From assembly GCA_032718475.1 (NCBI GenBank), contig JAUCBJ010006381.1:1-57782 (forward strand): 57,782 nt of DNA. Direction: 5' to 3'. The position numbers and the translations under genes are program-made. Of the stretch, positions 25,301-35,017 are shown piece after piece. Position 1 is the stretch's first letter. Each line of letters opens with the position of its first letter. The notes under the pieces were generated by a model. That model did no database searches. It was not told the origin of the DNA and saw only the letters and a program-made list of their open reading frames with translations. The DNA is from Nemertoderma westbladi. Lineage: Eukaryota > Animalia > Xenacoelomorpha.

Positions 25301-27446
25301 GGACCGACGCTTTACTTGTGTTGGAGTATCTCACCAATGAAGTCTGTCAGTTTAGCGTTTTTGTTACTAACCGAGTAGCTATTATTCTTAGTCGCACAAA
25401 GATAGATCAATGGAGACATTGCCCTGGTACGATTAATCCAGCCGACATCGCCTCCAGGGGAGCAACTCCACAGGAACTGATAGATACTCCAGATTGGTTG
25501 GGTGGACCCGACTTCCTGAGCAAGGAAGAGGATGAATGGCCTCCTCACCTTACTACGGCAGAGATTAGACAAGCCAAGGGAGCGGAGACCGTCAAACCTA
25601 AAACCCGGGCGAGTAAATCGAAGTTATTTAAACCGACTATCGATCTATCTGTATTACATACTTCCGGGAATGATGTTTCGGATCCACAATCCCTCAACAC
25701 AAATAAGTCTGTTGTGGAAATTAGAGATAGAGATTGGAAATCTGGAATACCAGACGTCTCGCAAGGAATCTCACCCATGCTGCAGAGAGCAATGCATCAT
25801 TACAGTTCCTGGAATCGGCTCTGTAAAGCCGTCACATATTTAAGACGATGTTTTCATCATCACTACTCCAGGACGAAGACCACTAGTGATCACGCTCCAT
25901 TGACATCTGCACAAGTTCATGTTATTAAGAATTTACCCAAATATAAGATATCTGATCGTTTTCTAAAAGAGAAAATTAGTCACCAGAAATAAATAGAATG
26001 AAGAAACAAATAAGCAGATACTGAGACTCCTGCAATGCTACGAGGATTCCGAAAAGTACTTCCTGTTGTTGAGAAATCCGCAGATGCGCTTAATGGATCG
26101 ATTCTCGAGCACAATGATAGATGGGTTAATACGTGTTGGAGGAAGACTCACCAACGCGCCCTTATCCTTTGACACCAAATTCCCCATACTTATTAGAAAT
26201 CTTGAAGTACAAATCAAGATGATTGTAGACGTTCACGGTAAACTTTATCATGCTGGTAGAGAACGAATTCTTAGCGAAATTCGAACTCGCTATTATTTTG
26301 ATAAACCCCGTAGAGCTCTGAACCAAGTTCTTAGGAACTGCATACCCTGTAGGAAAGCATTCAGTAGGCCTTTAACACAGCGAGAGGCAGAATTACCTAG
26401 GGAACGAGTAAGCTTCTATGAACCACCTTTTACTAATACTGGTGTAGATTTATTTGGCCCTATTGAAGTATATCATGCAAGGACTATAGTCAAGAGATGG
26501 TGTGTCATCTTCGTGTGCATGACTTGTAGAGCCATCCATCTCGATATGGTAAACGATCTATCTACTAACAGCTTCGTCTTAAGTTTACGACGACAGATCG
26601 CTCGCTTCGGGACGAGTAATACCATGAGATCGGATAAAGGAACGAACTTCATACGTGCCAAAAAACGAGATACAGGCTTACGTGAAGGACTGGAACCAAA
26701 GACAGGTGGACGACCAGCTAAGGATAACAGCGTCTAGCTGGACCTTCAACGCTGCCGACGCCCCTTGGTGGGGATGAAGTTGGGAGAGATTAATTCGAAG
26801 TGTCAAAACCGCATTTCACTTTATAGTGCCATGCCGCGCGTATCTCACCGACGAACTTTTGCGGACGTTAATGGAGGAAATCGCTGCCTATCTCAACGAG
26901 AGACCGCTTATGCCAGTCTCATCGAGTCCCGATTCCCTGGAAGCGCTAACACCCGCGCACTTCCTACTGAAGAAACCTGTAGCCATGCTCCCACGATCGG
27001 AGATTGCCGACGGAGACGAATACTGCCGTCGAACTTGGCAACTTATGCAGTTGCTATCCCGTCGTTTCGCTGACCATTTCGAGAAACATTATCTGCCCAC
27101 GCTACAACTTCGAACTAAGTGGTTTGCGCAGCAAGAAAACGTCAGCGCCGGAGATATGGTGCTTATTGTAGATCCAGACCTCCCACGTAAACGGTGGCAG
27201 ACAGGTCGTATCATCGAGACACACATTTCAGATGATGGTTTAGTACGCTCAGTAGAACTCATCGTCATGCGGCGTAACTTCAAGAAGCCAGGCATCATCT
27301 TTGAGACGCAACAACTCAATCGCCCAGTTGGTCGTTTATGTTTACTGGAAAGAGACAGAGAACTCTCTGGAAACTACGGAAGGCAAGACACTCTTCCCAC
27401 GACCACCTCCCTAATTCCTCAAACATCTAGGGACTCCCTAACGTGA
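19384..27446 (+). pseudogene. Element 1 BEL/Pao gag-pol polyprotein (Gag, PR, RT, RNase H, IN) with stops and frameshifts in the 3' third
   Basis: KFNGDEMKW (DUF1759-like), triple knuckle CALC/CYNC/CAKC..HHILLH, ALLDSGS, YMDD, FDPLG, HVFGDAS, NPADIASRG, GVDLFGP, SDKGTNF, WERLIRSVK and RPVGRLCLL. In-frame TAA at 24925-24927, frameshifts near 25990 and at the A-run ~26660, TGA near 26775. Confidence 0.95.
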
Positions 27447-27989
27447 TACGTCTGGAGTGGGTGTATGACTATATTGTTTTATCTATTTTATTATATTTTT
27501 ATATGCGAACTTTATTATGTACTTTATTATAATCGTTTTTATTCAATTTTATTTAGTAGAATGTTATTTTAGTATTATTTAGTAGATTAGTGCAATATAT
27601 TAGTGTTTATTACGTACGTAATTACTTATAATATATATTTAGTGCGACGGCGAGAAATAATTTTTTCTCTTTCCTTACTGTCCGTATCATATTATAAATA
27701 CGTGACTACAGTAAGATGAAATGTCCGTACTTCTTAAAGTACAATAAAGCCACTACTATATTCAAGTATTATTGGTAGGCAGAGTATTAGGAATGCAAAG
27801 TTCAGATCCTCGTGTCTCGGCTAAGCCAAGCTCTGGGTAGACCTTGGAAACGACTTGCCTCTTCACACTGACATTGCTTCGTGCGATATTGCTCTTCTAC
27901 CTTATATTAAATAATACATATAGTAGCGTGATGTCCCTCTAACAGTAGCGTAAAACGCAAATAAATCTGTTAAACCTTTTGACCATCTG

Positions 27990-28270
27990 TAATTCTAGTC
28001 GATTAAGATATCGCGGCACCCACCGATATACTTGAAAGACAAATTCTAGAATCAATGGTTAACGTCCCCAGACAAGTTCTGGAATAAATCGGTGCCCATC
28101 TTAAATATTAATTTAATATTTATTAAAATCTGTAAAATTCAGATCCGTTAACAATTCTAGTCGATTAAGATATCGTAGCACTTCCCGATACTCTTAAAAG
28201 ACAAATTTCATAGAATTAAGGATCCTATGTCCCCAGACCTGCTCTGGAATCAAATTGTGTCAATTTTAAC
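27990..28270 (+). repeat. Imperfect ~165-bp-period duplication between pol and ORF2
   Basis: AATTCTAGTCGATTAAGATATCG...GACAAATT...GTCCCCAGAC...CTGGAAT occurs at ~27991 and ~28154. Confidence 0.75.
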
Positions 28271-29068
28271 ATCAAATAATAAAATTCACGGGAATAAATT
28301 TAAATTCATATTTTTAAATGAATTTCATAAATTGTCATTTTGTACAATTTATTACATTCCCAAAATTCCATTAATTAATAGATCATGGGAGCGGAGATTC
28401 ATCCTATTGAGTGTATTAGAGTGCGAGAATCTCCAACATATAGTCAATAGCCGATAAAATTAACAAAATCATGCATAAAGAGGATATTGACAATTAAAGA
28501 ATTATTATTAAATAGCATCCCAGATCTGTATGCATGAGAATTACCCTAATTCTACCGCTAGCATTCCATAATGTCACCATAGCAACACCCACGCTAGAAT
28601 TAGAAGCAAGTTAAAAGAACAATAGAAAGCTTGACACATTGCATAGCATAGAGAATATAGCACACTGTTAGTATCCAAGGATACACAGTAATAAAGTGAC
28701 ATTCTGGAAGGCACTGACTAACGGACAAATGGCCTGTGTGTGTGCAGTTGTTGACAGTTGTGTGGAATTTGTGCGTTTATAGGTGAATGTTACTGCTAAA
28801 GTATGTTTACAGTAGCTAGTCGCAATTGTAAAAATAGCCCAACTCTCCTATAGAAAGAACCTAAGTGGATCCAAGCCTTTGGGACGGACAGTGGAGTGAC
28901 TTGTGCCGGTTATCGTTGTCGTGCTGTTGCTACATGTTGGCGTAAACACCGCGACGACGGTACATCGGCGCTGAGAATCCCACTGTCCGGGGGCAAAGAA
29001 AAGTAGGCAGCGACGCCCGCTCGCCTAAATACAAACTTATTTGATATTAATAAACTCAGATAGCAGAT

Positions 29069-32000
29069 ATGACGGAGTTAATAGAAGATGATCTTGGTAT
29101 TAGGGAGCGATATACTCTACCTTTACAAGCATTTGTGGATAGCTTAATACACGGTGAAGCCGATCCAACCATTACGGAGGACGATGGTCGTTATATCGAA
29201 CCGCCGATGTCCCAAGAGCAACTTGCGCGTGAATTGGACTATCGAAAATTCACCACTCGCTATATGAATCGTAATGGTACGTATATGGACTTCCTAACGA
29301 CCGGCCATCCTATCGATTTACATGATACGGACGATGTAGATACAGAAAGGGAAATGGTTTTATTTAAATATCATACCCAGCGGAGTCGTAACGATAAACC
29401 GAGAATAGATCACGAAAATTCTATTCGTAATAGACTGGAAAGAGAAAACGTTGAAGAACCAGATAAACGCATCGACTTCAACGAATACTTAGAATTTTTG
29501 AGAGAAACCTATCTCAACGTCGCTAGTCAGCAGAACTTAGAGATTCGATATCCTCAAGGTATCCATCACGACCCTGTGGTAGAACTCAAACGGCTCTATT
29601 TCACTATGATGTATCTTACCGCCGATCGCCCACTACCTGTTATCCCGGATAGTTTTGAGCAAATGGAAGAATATTGCAAAACTGGAGAACGTTCACCTGC
29701 GTTTCCTCTACAGGACATACGTCTTTGGTATTATTGTGACGAATGCCCTAGACCCAACCAACAAACTGAAAGACACAAACATCCGCGGAGACGTTGCGCT
29801 AAACATAGTTTTACGCGTTACACTTACGGGAGTTTCGAGCGAAACCTGTTCGACGTACCGCCCACGATCGCTCGTCTTAAACGATCACTGAATAAACCCA
29901 TGATCAGAGTTCCGGAATACTCGGTCAGGCCTCCTCATTCCCTAGTGAGACCTCAAACTCTTGATCCTAACAGTATCACTGATCCTCCCGAACTATATTC
30001 CCTGTTCAAAGACTTAGTGTTACCCGAACAACTAATCGGTGGTGCTCCGGTAGTGGGTTCGTTAGACATCCGCCCATCCTACTTAGCCGGATTGGGACGC
30101 GGGCAACTAATATCGCCCTTTGATCCTTACAATCGTCCAGGATTAAACCCGATACAACCCGCCACGGAAGTCGAGGAGAGCGTTATAAGAAACGCTTTAG
30201 ACGCCATTCGACAGAAAATCGGAAAGGGAACACAAGATTGTTTAGAGAAACGTAAATTACAACAACAAGTCCAATCGGTGAAGGAGTTAGCCTTGCCACA
30301 GTTCGATAGAGAAATCCAAAACCTCGAGGAAGACATCGAGCTTGGACGCACGTATTCTCTACAAGAATTTTTAGATGAACGCTTACAGAGACAAGCGGAA
30401 GAAAATCTAATCGAAGAGAAACACACGAAACTGGAAGAAAGAGAAGAAGCCGCTTTAGCCCAACCTGAAGCTCAAATCCTCATGACGGACCTCTACTCTA
30501 AAACCGTTCGTCATCCCTCTATGATTCCACATTTCGGAGACAAGCTCTTCGCGACGATACAACCTCAACCGGTTGATATCAGTACAGGATCGCAAAACCT
30601 TATCGCTGACGCCCCTATGTTACAGCGTCCGCCGATCGAGGCCGCTCGTGTTGACGGTATACTCGTTGAACCTCCGGACAATCGAGCGGATCTTGTCCGT
30701 CGTATGGTACACGATGTCAACATACGCGCTAGACCTTTACAGAACTCGTTTTACGGGATTAAAGACCACCCTTATTACGTTAATCTGACTCAATATTATA
30801 TGGTAAAACCAGAAGACCCGACACATGATTTAAAGTTTCTACCACTAATAAATCCTCTGGACATTGTCGAACTCGAACAATTGCAGAAACATCTGGATCA
30901 GTTAGTAAAGGTAAACTCATTTAGAAAACCATATAACATTTCTCGAATCGAGAAAGATATAGAACCTCCTTATAACCTCGATGGATTTATTAAAACTCGA
31001 TTAGTCCATTGGAATCTAGATGTATTATTTGAAGAAGAGAAAATACCAAGATATGGAAATGTGGAGACGTATACCACTCGGCATATGAAGTATAGTGATC
31101 TCCCTGACGCTAACCAATGCGCCACCTTGTGGCATCCAGTAGGGATGACCCTAGAGAACGCCACCAAGGAGTGGAATGAAACTCTTAATGTTATTGAGAT
31201 GTATGGAGTTGTCACCTACGATAATGAAGGTAGCGTTCCGGTCGGAGAGCTAGGAACTACGCGCATGATCCACATCCGCGGATTAGCTGGTTCTACCCAC
31301 GTGTTTACTCGAGCGTGTTCCGACTTGATTGATTATTCTTTTGAAACTCTCACCGAAACACAAAAGAATCTCCGACATGGACAATTCGAACTCGCGCAGC
31401 GTTACGTCATTGACACCGAACGCAAACCGGCCATGGGCATCGATGGATCGATGTTACCCCAGCCCGTACTAGAGATGCTGTTCAACGAAAGAATCCTTAA
31501 AATCGGCTCAGCTGTTTATGGAGATCTCCAAAACGACTTTCGGAATATGGAGGACATCCCATACCCTTTCGTTGATACTCAGCTGATTGCTCCCTGGGCA
31601 GAAGGTCGAGGTTTCTTCCGCACCATGTATGCTAATACGTCTAGCAACATTACCAAGGTGCAACGAACTTCCATCGGACATCTTGCCTTTCAGGAATACG
31701 GATGGAATTTCAAAGTCGGAAATCCCATTAACTATCAACAGGTATACGGAGACCATTATTCTCGATTATACTTTGATGGACCATTGACCGCACCTGGCGC
31801 CGTGTATAGCTTCATGAGTGTTCCACTCCGTCCCTCCTTAGCTATATACACGATCTTTGAAAACACCGCACTTGCCGGTTGGCTAGCCGATGTGTGCAGT
31901 CGTACTATACGCGCCCATCCATTAATACTTGGGACCAAACTCGCTAAACTAGATGAACATAATAAATTCATCCGTTTCGAATGTTTCCGGAGATTTTTAA

Positions 32001-33322
32001 CCCCGTTCCGCAATGTGGATAGCCAATTTAAAGACCGCGCTTTGACCAAACTCAGCCTAAGAAACTCAGCTGCAGAGAAGTTGGATAGCGCTGGATTCGC
32101 CATTTTCAAAGAGATTTGTATATCGAACTTGCACTCCTCTGTTATACAAAGACCTCGAATTCCCACAGGTTATTCTGTCATGGAAATCCAGACAATAGGT
32201 CCACCTGAAGAGACAGACGCGCCCACTTCAGCTATGCACTTGGAAGACGAACCAATATGTCTAGAATCTGAAGAGATTCAGCCTATCGCGCCCCGGAACA
32301 GCGATAACGATTACATCATAGAATGGTATCAAGGTCCACAGTGTCTCACTGCGTACGATTATCGACATGCCAACTATGTTTCTAGGCAACGTTGTCGGTT
32401 ATGCGCATCGAGAGACCACGATACGCCCATGGACACCAACGTCCGCTGTTCCTATTTCCAAGAACAACCGACTATGGAAATTTATTGCGCATATTGCAGA
32501 CTCAATAACTTGCATATCTTTGCGGTTTGCCCTCAATTTATGACTCAATGTCACCATTGTCAACTAAAGGGACATGCTAGTTTCGACTGCCCTTTTAATC
32601 ACGATTTGGAAAGCGTAGATGAAATGATCACACTGCGTTACATCAGAGCTTGGGAAGCGAACGCTGATTTACATTGTGATTCGCGCCATCGCTATTATCC
32701 CGGACGCGCTTACGAAGGAGTTTATGCGTTCCATCCTTATCTATTCGCTTCTGTTGAACAGAAATCACGCATATCGAGTTACGAGCTACTGAAGCGCGTC
32801 GGAGAATGTATTTCAACTAAATTCGTACGCAAATTTCTCAGGAGTGTTAATCCTAGCGACCTTCATTCCTATAACTTAATCAATTATATCCGTCAGGATC
32901 CGGACTATGGAGACTTGTTTGTTAACTCACACCCCGAGTTGCAGGAAGTACATCGAAGGCCTTACGAATACCGAGCCCGCGAACGCGAGTTGGAAAGGAC
33001 CATTAAACCCCGGAAGTTTCTAACTGCCTATGGTCCACCCACGGCCCTCGTTCAGACCACTCGTAAAGGACCCGTAAGAGCGGCTGTCTTGAAACGAGCT
33101 CTCAAAGCCGTTAGACCCCTCTCACCTGACGTTGATGTCAATCAACCCGGTACTTCGACTGGCGGATACACCGACCATAATCCTACACCCTCTGATGCAA
33201 TCATATTGCACCCTTCACCCAGGAGTTATAGCCCTCCTTGTAAAGTGGCTCGCCCCAAAGAGAAAAGGACTCTGGCTAGCTTTAAAAAACTGCGTAAACG
33301 CCGTCCGCGCAAGAAAGACTAA
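29069..33322 (+). CDS. Element 1 ORF2, 1417 aa: N-terminal CxxC..CxxH domain, DEDDy-type (WRN/EXD2/MUT-7-like) 3'-5' exonuclease, three CCHC knuckles, basic tail
   Basis: ExoI VVTYDNEG; LPQPVLEMLFNERILKIGSAVYGDL (ExoII); FVDT; ExoIII-like PLRPSLAIYTIFE; knuckles CRLC..H..C, CAYC..H..C and CHHCQLKGHASFDC. Homologous to element 2 ORF2. The ORF is secure; domain calls rest on motif recognition. Confidence 0.8.
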   Translation: MTELIEDDLGIRERYTLPLQAFVDSLIHGEADPTITEDDGRYIEPPMSQEQLARELDYRKFTTRYMNRNGTYMDFLTTGHPIDLHDTDDVDTEREMVLFKYHTQRSRNDKPRIDHENSIRNRLERENVEEPDKRIDFNEYLEFLRETYLNVASQQNLEIRYPQGIHHDPVVELKRLYFTMMYLTADRPLPVIPDSFEQMEEYCKTGERSPAFPLQDIRLWYYCDECPRPNQQTERHKHPRRRCAKHSFTRYTYGSFERNLFDVPPTIARLKRSLNKPMIRVPEYSVRPPHSLVRPQTLDPNSITDPPELYSLFKDLVLPEQLIGGAPVVGSLDIRPSYLAGLGRGQLISPFDPYNRPGLNPIQPATEVEESVIRNALDAIRQKIGKGTQDCLEKRKLQQQVQSVKELALPQFDREIQNLEEDIELGRTYSLQEFLDERLQRQAEENLIEEKHTKLEEREEAALAQPEAQILMTDLYSKTVRHPSMIPHFGDKLFATIQPQPVDISTGSQNLIADAPMLQRPPIEAARVDGILVEPPDNRADLVRRMVHDVNIRARPLQNSFYGIKDHPYYVNLTQYYMVKPEDPTHDLKFLPLINPLDIVELEQLQKHLDQLVKVNSFRKPYNISRIEKDIEPPYNLDGFIKTRLVHWNLDVLFEEEKIPRYGNVETYTTRHMKYSDLPDANQCATLWHPVGMTLENATKEWNETLNVIEMYGVVTYDNEGSVPVGELGTTRMIHIRGLAGSTHVFTRACSDLIDYSFETLTETQKNLRHGQFELAQRYVIDTERKPAMGIDGSMLPQPVLEMLFNERILKIGSAVYGDLQNDFRNMEDIPYPFVDTQLIAPWAEGRGFFRTMYANTSSNITKVQRTSIGHLAFQEYGWNFKVGNPINYQQVYGDHYSRLYFDGPLTAPGAVYSFMSVPLRPSLAIYTIFENTALAGWLADVCSRTIRAHPLILGTKLAKLDEHNKFIRFECFRRFLTPFRNVDSQFKDRALTKLSLRNSAAEKLDSAGFAIFKEICISNLHSSVIQRPRIPTGYSVMEIQTIGPPEETDAPTSAMHLEDEPICLESEEIQPIAPRNSDNDYIIEWYQGPQCLTAYDYRHANYVSRQRCRLCASRDHDTPMDTNVRCSYFQEQPTMEIYCAYCRLNNLHIFAVCPQFMTQCHHCQLKGHASFDCPFNHDLESVDEMITLRYIRAWEANADLHCDSRHRYYPGRAYEGVYAFHPYLFASVEQKSRISSYELLKRVGECISTKFVRKFLRSVNPSDLHSYNLINYIRQDPDYGDLFVNSHPELQEVHRRPYEYRARERELERTIKPRKFLTAYGPPTALVQTTRKGPVRAAVLKRALKAVRPLSPDVDVNQPGTSTGGYTDHNPTPSDAIILHPSPRSYSPPCKVARPKEKRTLASFKKLRKRRPRKKD

Positions 33323-33400
33323 CTGTTTAGAGTATTTACGTATATTAGAAACTGTGATTTTGTATATTTTATAGACTCAAATCCCATTTTCTGGGAGCGG

Positions 33401-34645
33401 TGTAAAAGCGGGATATAACTGGCCCTTTTGCTTCGCAATCCAGTTTCCCCCCAGGCGCTGGAATACTCTAAAAAGGTTCTCTAACTGTATATATATTCCC
33501 CTCGCCCGCAAGGTACCGTTACAGGTGTTTTAACGGACATAAAAGTCATTCTGCTATATACGTGTTTTAGTGGACATGGTAAGGCAAAAAACCTGCAATG
33601 CGACAAATACCTTTCATAGCTTAGCCGTGATGATTCATATTACGACATCTAACAGCTGTTTGCTGACATGGAAACAGCCATTGGACGCATGGTTCTTTGT
33701 TTGGCTTGAGCCAATCAGAGCGATTTTTCCTGTCGACGTGTAGCTTTTTGGTCGATCATAAGGAGAGTGTTCAGTCTTACTGTTTTTTGCTTGATACTTT
33801 GTTGTTATTGCTGTCTAGGCCAGGAACAACGGCTCTAGAGTCAATGCGTTTCATACTTTTAGAAGAAACATTAGTAGGCTTAAATTATAGAGCGTATGAC
33901 TGTTATCAAACCATTCACAATTCAATACTTTGTTGTTATTACTGTTCAACATACATTATTATACTGCTATTTACTGTTGTGTTTGGTTGAATATTATTTG
34001 GAGAACATATATAAAGAACCCAAATTTCCCAATTTTCTTGATACACTACAGGTTAGAGAGACGGGTTATATATAGCGATTGCGACTTATATTGTTGTGGT
34101 TTGTAGTGAATTTAATGCTATTTGATAAGCACTACATTGGTCCGTTGCTGTTCTCTTTATATATGATAAAATTCATTGACGGTCGGCAAATTAGTGTGCA
34201 GTATTGTGTGTTACCGGTAGTGTGCATGATTGTGATTGATAACTAAGCATTTCCTAAAGAATGCGCCTCATACGTGAATCTTAAGCCTTACCGACTTACC
34301 GTTGTGATTAGTATAAGTCATATCTCGGTTTACTTAGATAGAGCGCCACGTCCTAAAGGAACTGTTAATATTTCCCGAAAGTAAATAATATTAGTCAGAA
34401 ATTAATTATTAACGATCAATCGAATAATACAATACAGTAAGCTTCACTGCAATAATAATCTAAGCCCTCAGAATCCAGTCTCCCGGGAATATCCAGCGGG
34501 TGAATGGACGCGCACTAGGCTGGCTTCTGCTAATGTTGTGTTTATTGGTATTAAATATTTGTCATCTTCTAAAGTATATTTATAAACCAAAAGACATATA
34601 AATTTTGGCAGGTTAAACTGCTAAAGGTCTTCAAAAGCGCGTACA
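33401..34645 (+). repeat. Element 1 3' LTR (1245 bp)
   Basis: Direct repeat of 15898-17148, bounded by the PPT and the TSD. Confidence 0.97.
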
Positions 34646-34711
34646 ACAACTTTAGAAGACATTACAGCATTGTATTGGCCTGTACGTACATTTAGTATTG
34701 TATTTGGTGTT

Positions 34712-34800
34712 ATTGTTTACGTGACGACGCATGACGGCGTTAAGAAATGTCCACTAAGGGGACATTACTTAACACCGTCATAGGATACCACGTAAACAAT
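34712..34800. repeat. 89-bp imperfect palindrome (hairpin or MITE remnant) in the spacer between the two giant elements
   Basis: ATTGTTTACGTG/CACGTAAACAAT, ATGACGGCGTTAAG/CTTAACACCGTCAT and AATGTCC/GGACATT pair. Confidence 0.75.
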
Positions 34801-35017
34801 GTGGAAATTTGCCTGACAAGCCAACTGCATTACCTACCGGTAGGCGGGGTATACATGTAGCTATTAATAACCAGTTGGACCTAGCTATATTATTATGACA
34901 TGGCTCCACACACGCCACCATAAATATTAGCTAACTTATTTATAACATAATTTATGTCATTTTTACATTTATTTATACAGCAACTAATATAATTTGTGCA
35001 GTTTCTATCACTTATAA

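Larger units (their letters stand above)
15898..34645 (+). mobile_element. Giant BEL/Pao LTR retrotransposon, element 1 (18,748 bp) with an extra exonuclease ORF
   Basis: LTRs 15898-17148 and 33401-34645 (TGT...ACA), TSD ACAAC (15893-15897, 34646-34650), PPT CTGGGAGCGG (33391-33400), BEL-type gag-pol. Confidence 0.97.

Noticed and set aside
28885-29010. Hammerhead or HDV-like ribozyme upstream of ORF2
   Set aside because: No CUGAUGA/GAAA core in the right stem context and no HDV double pseudoknot could be built by eye.
29069-33322. env gene or captured host gene unrelated to the element
   Set aside because: No signal peptide or TM helix seen; it lies between pol and the PPT in both elements and is homologous between them.
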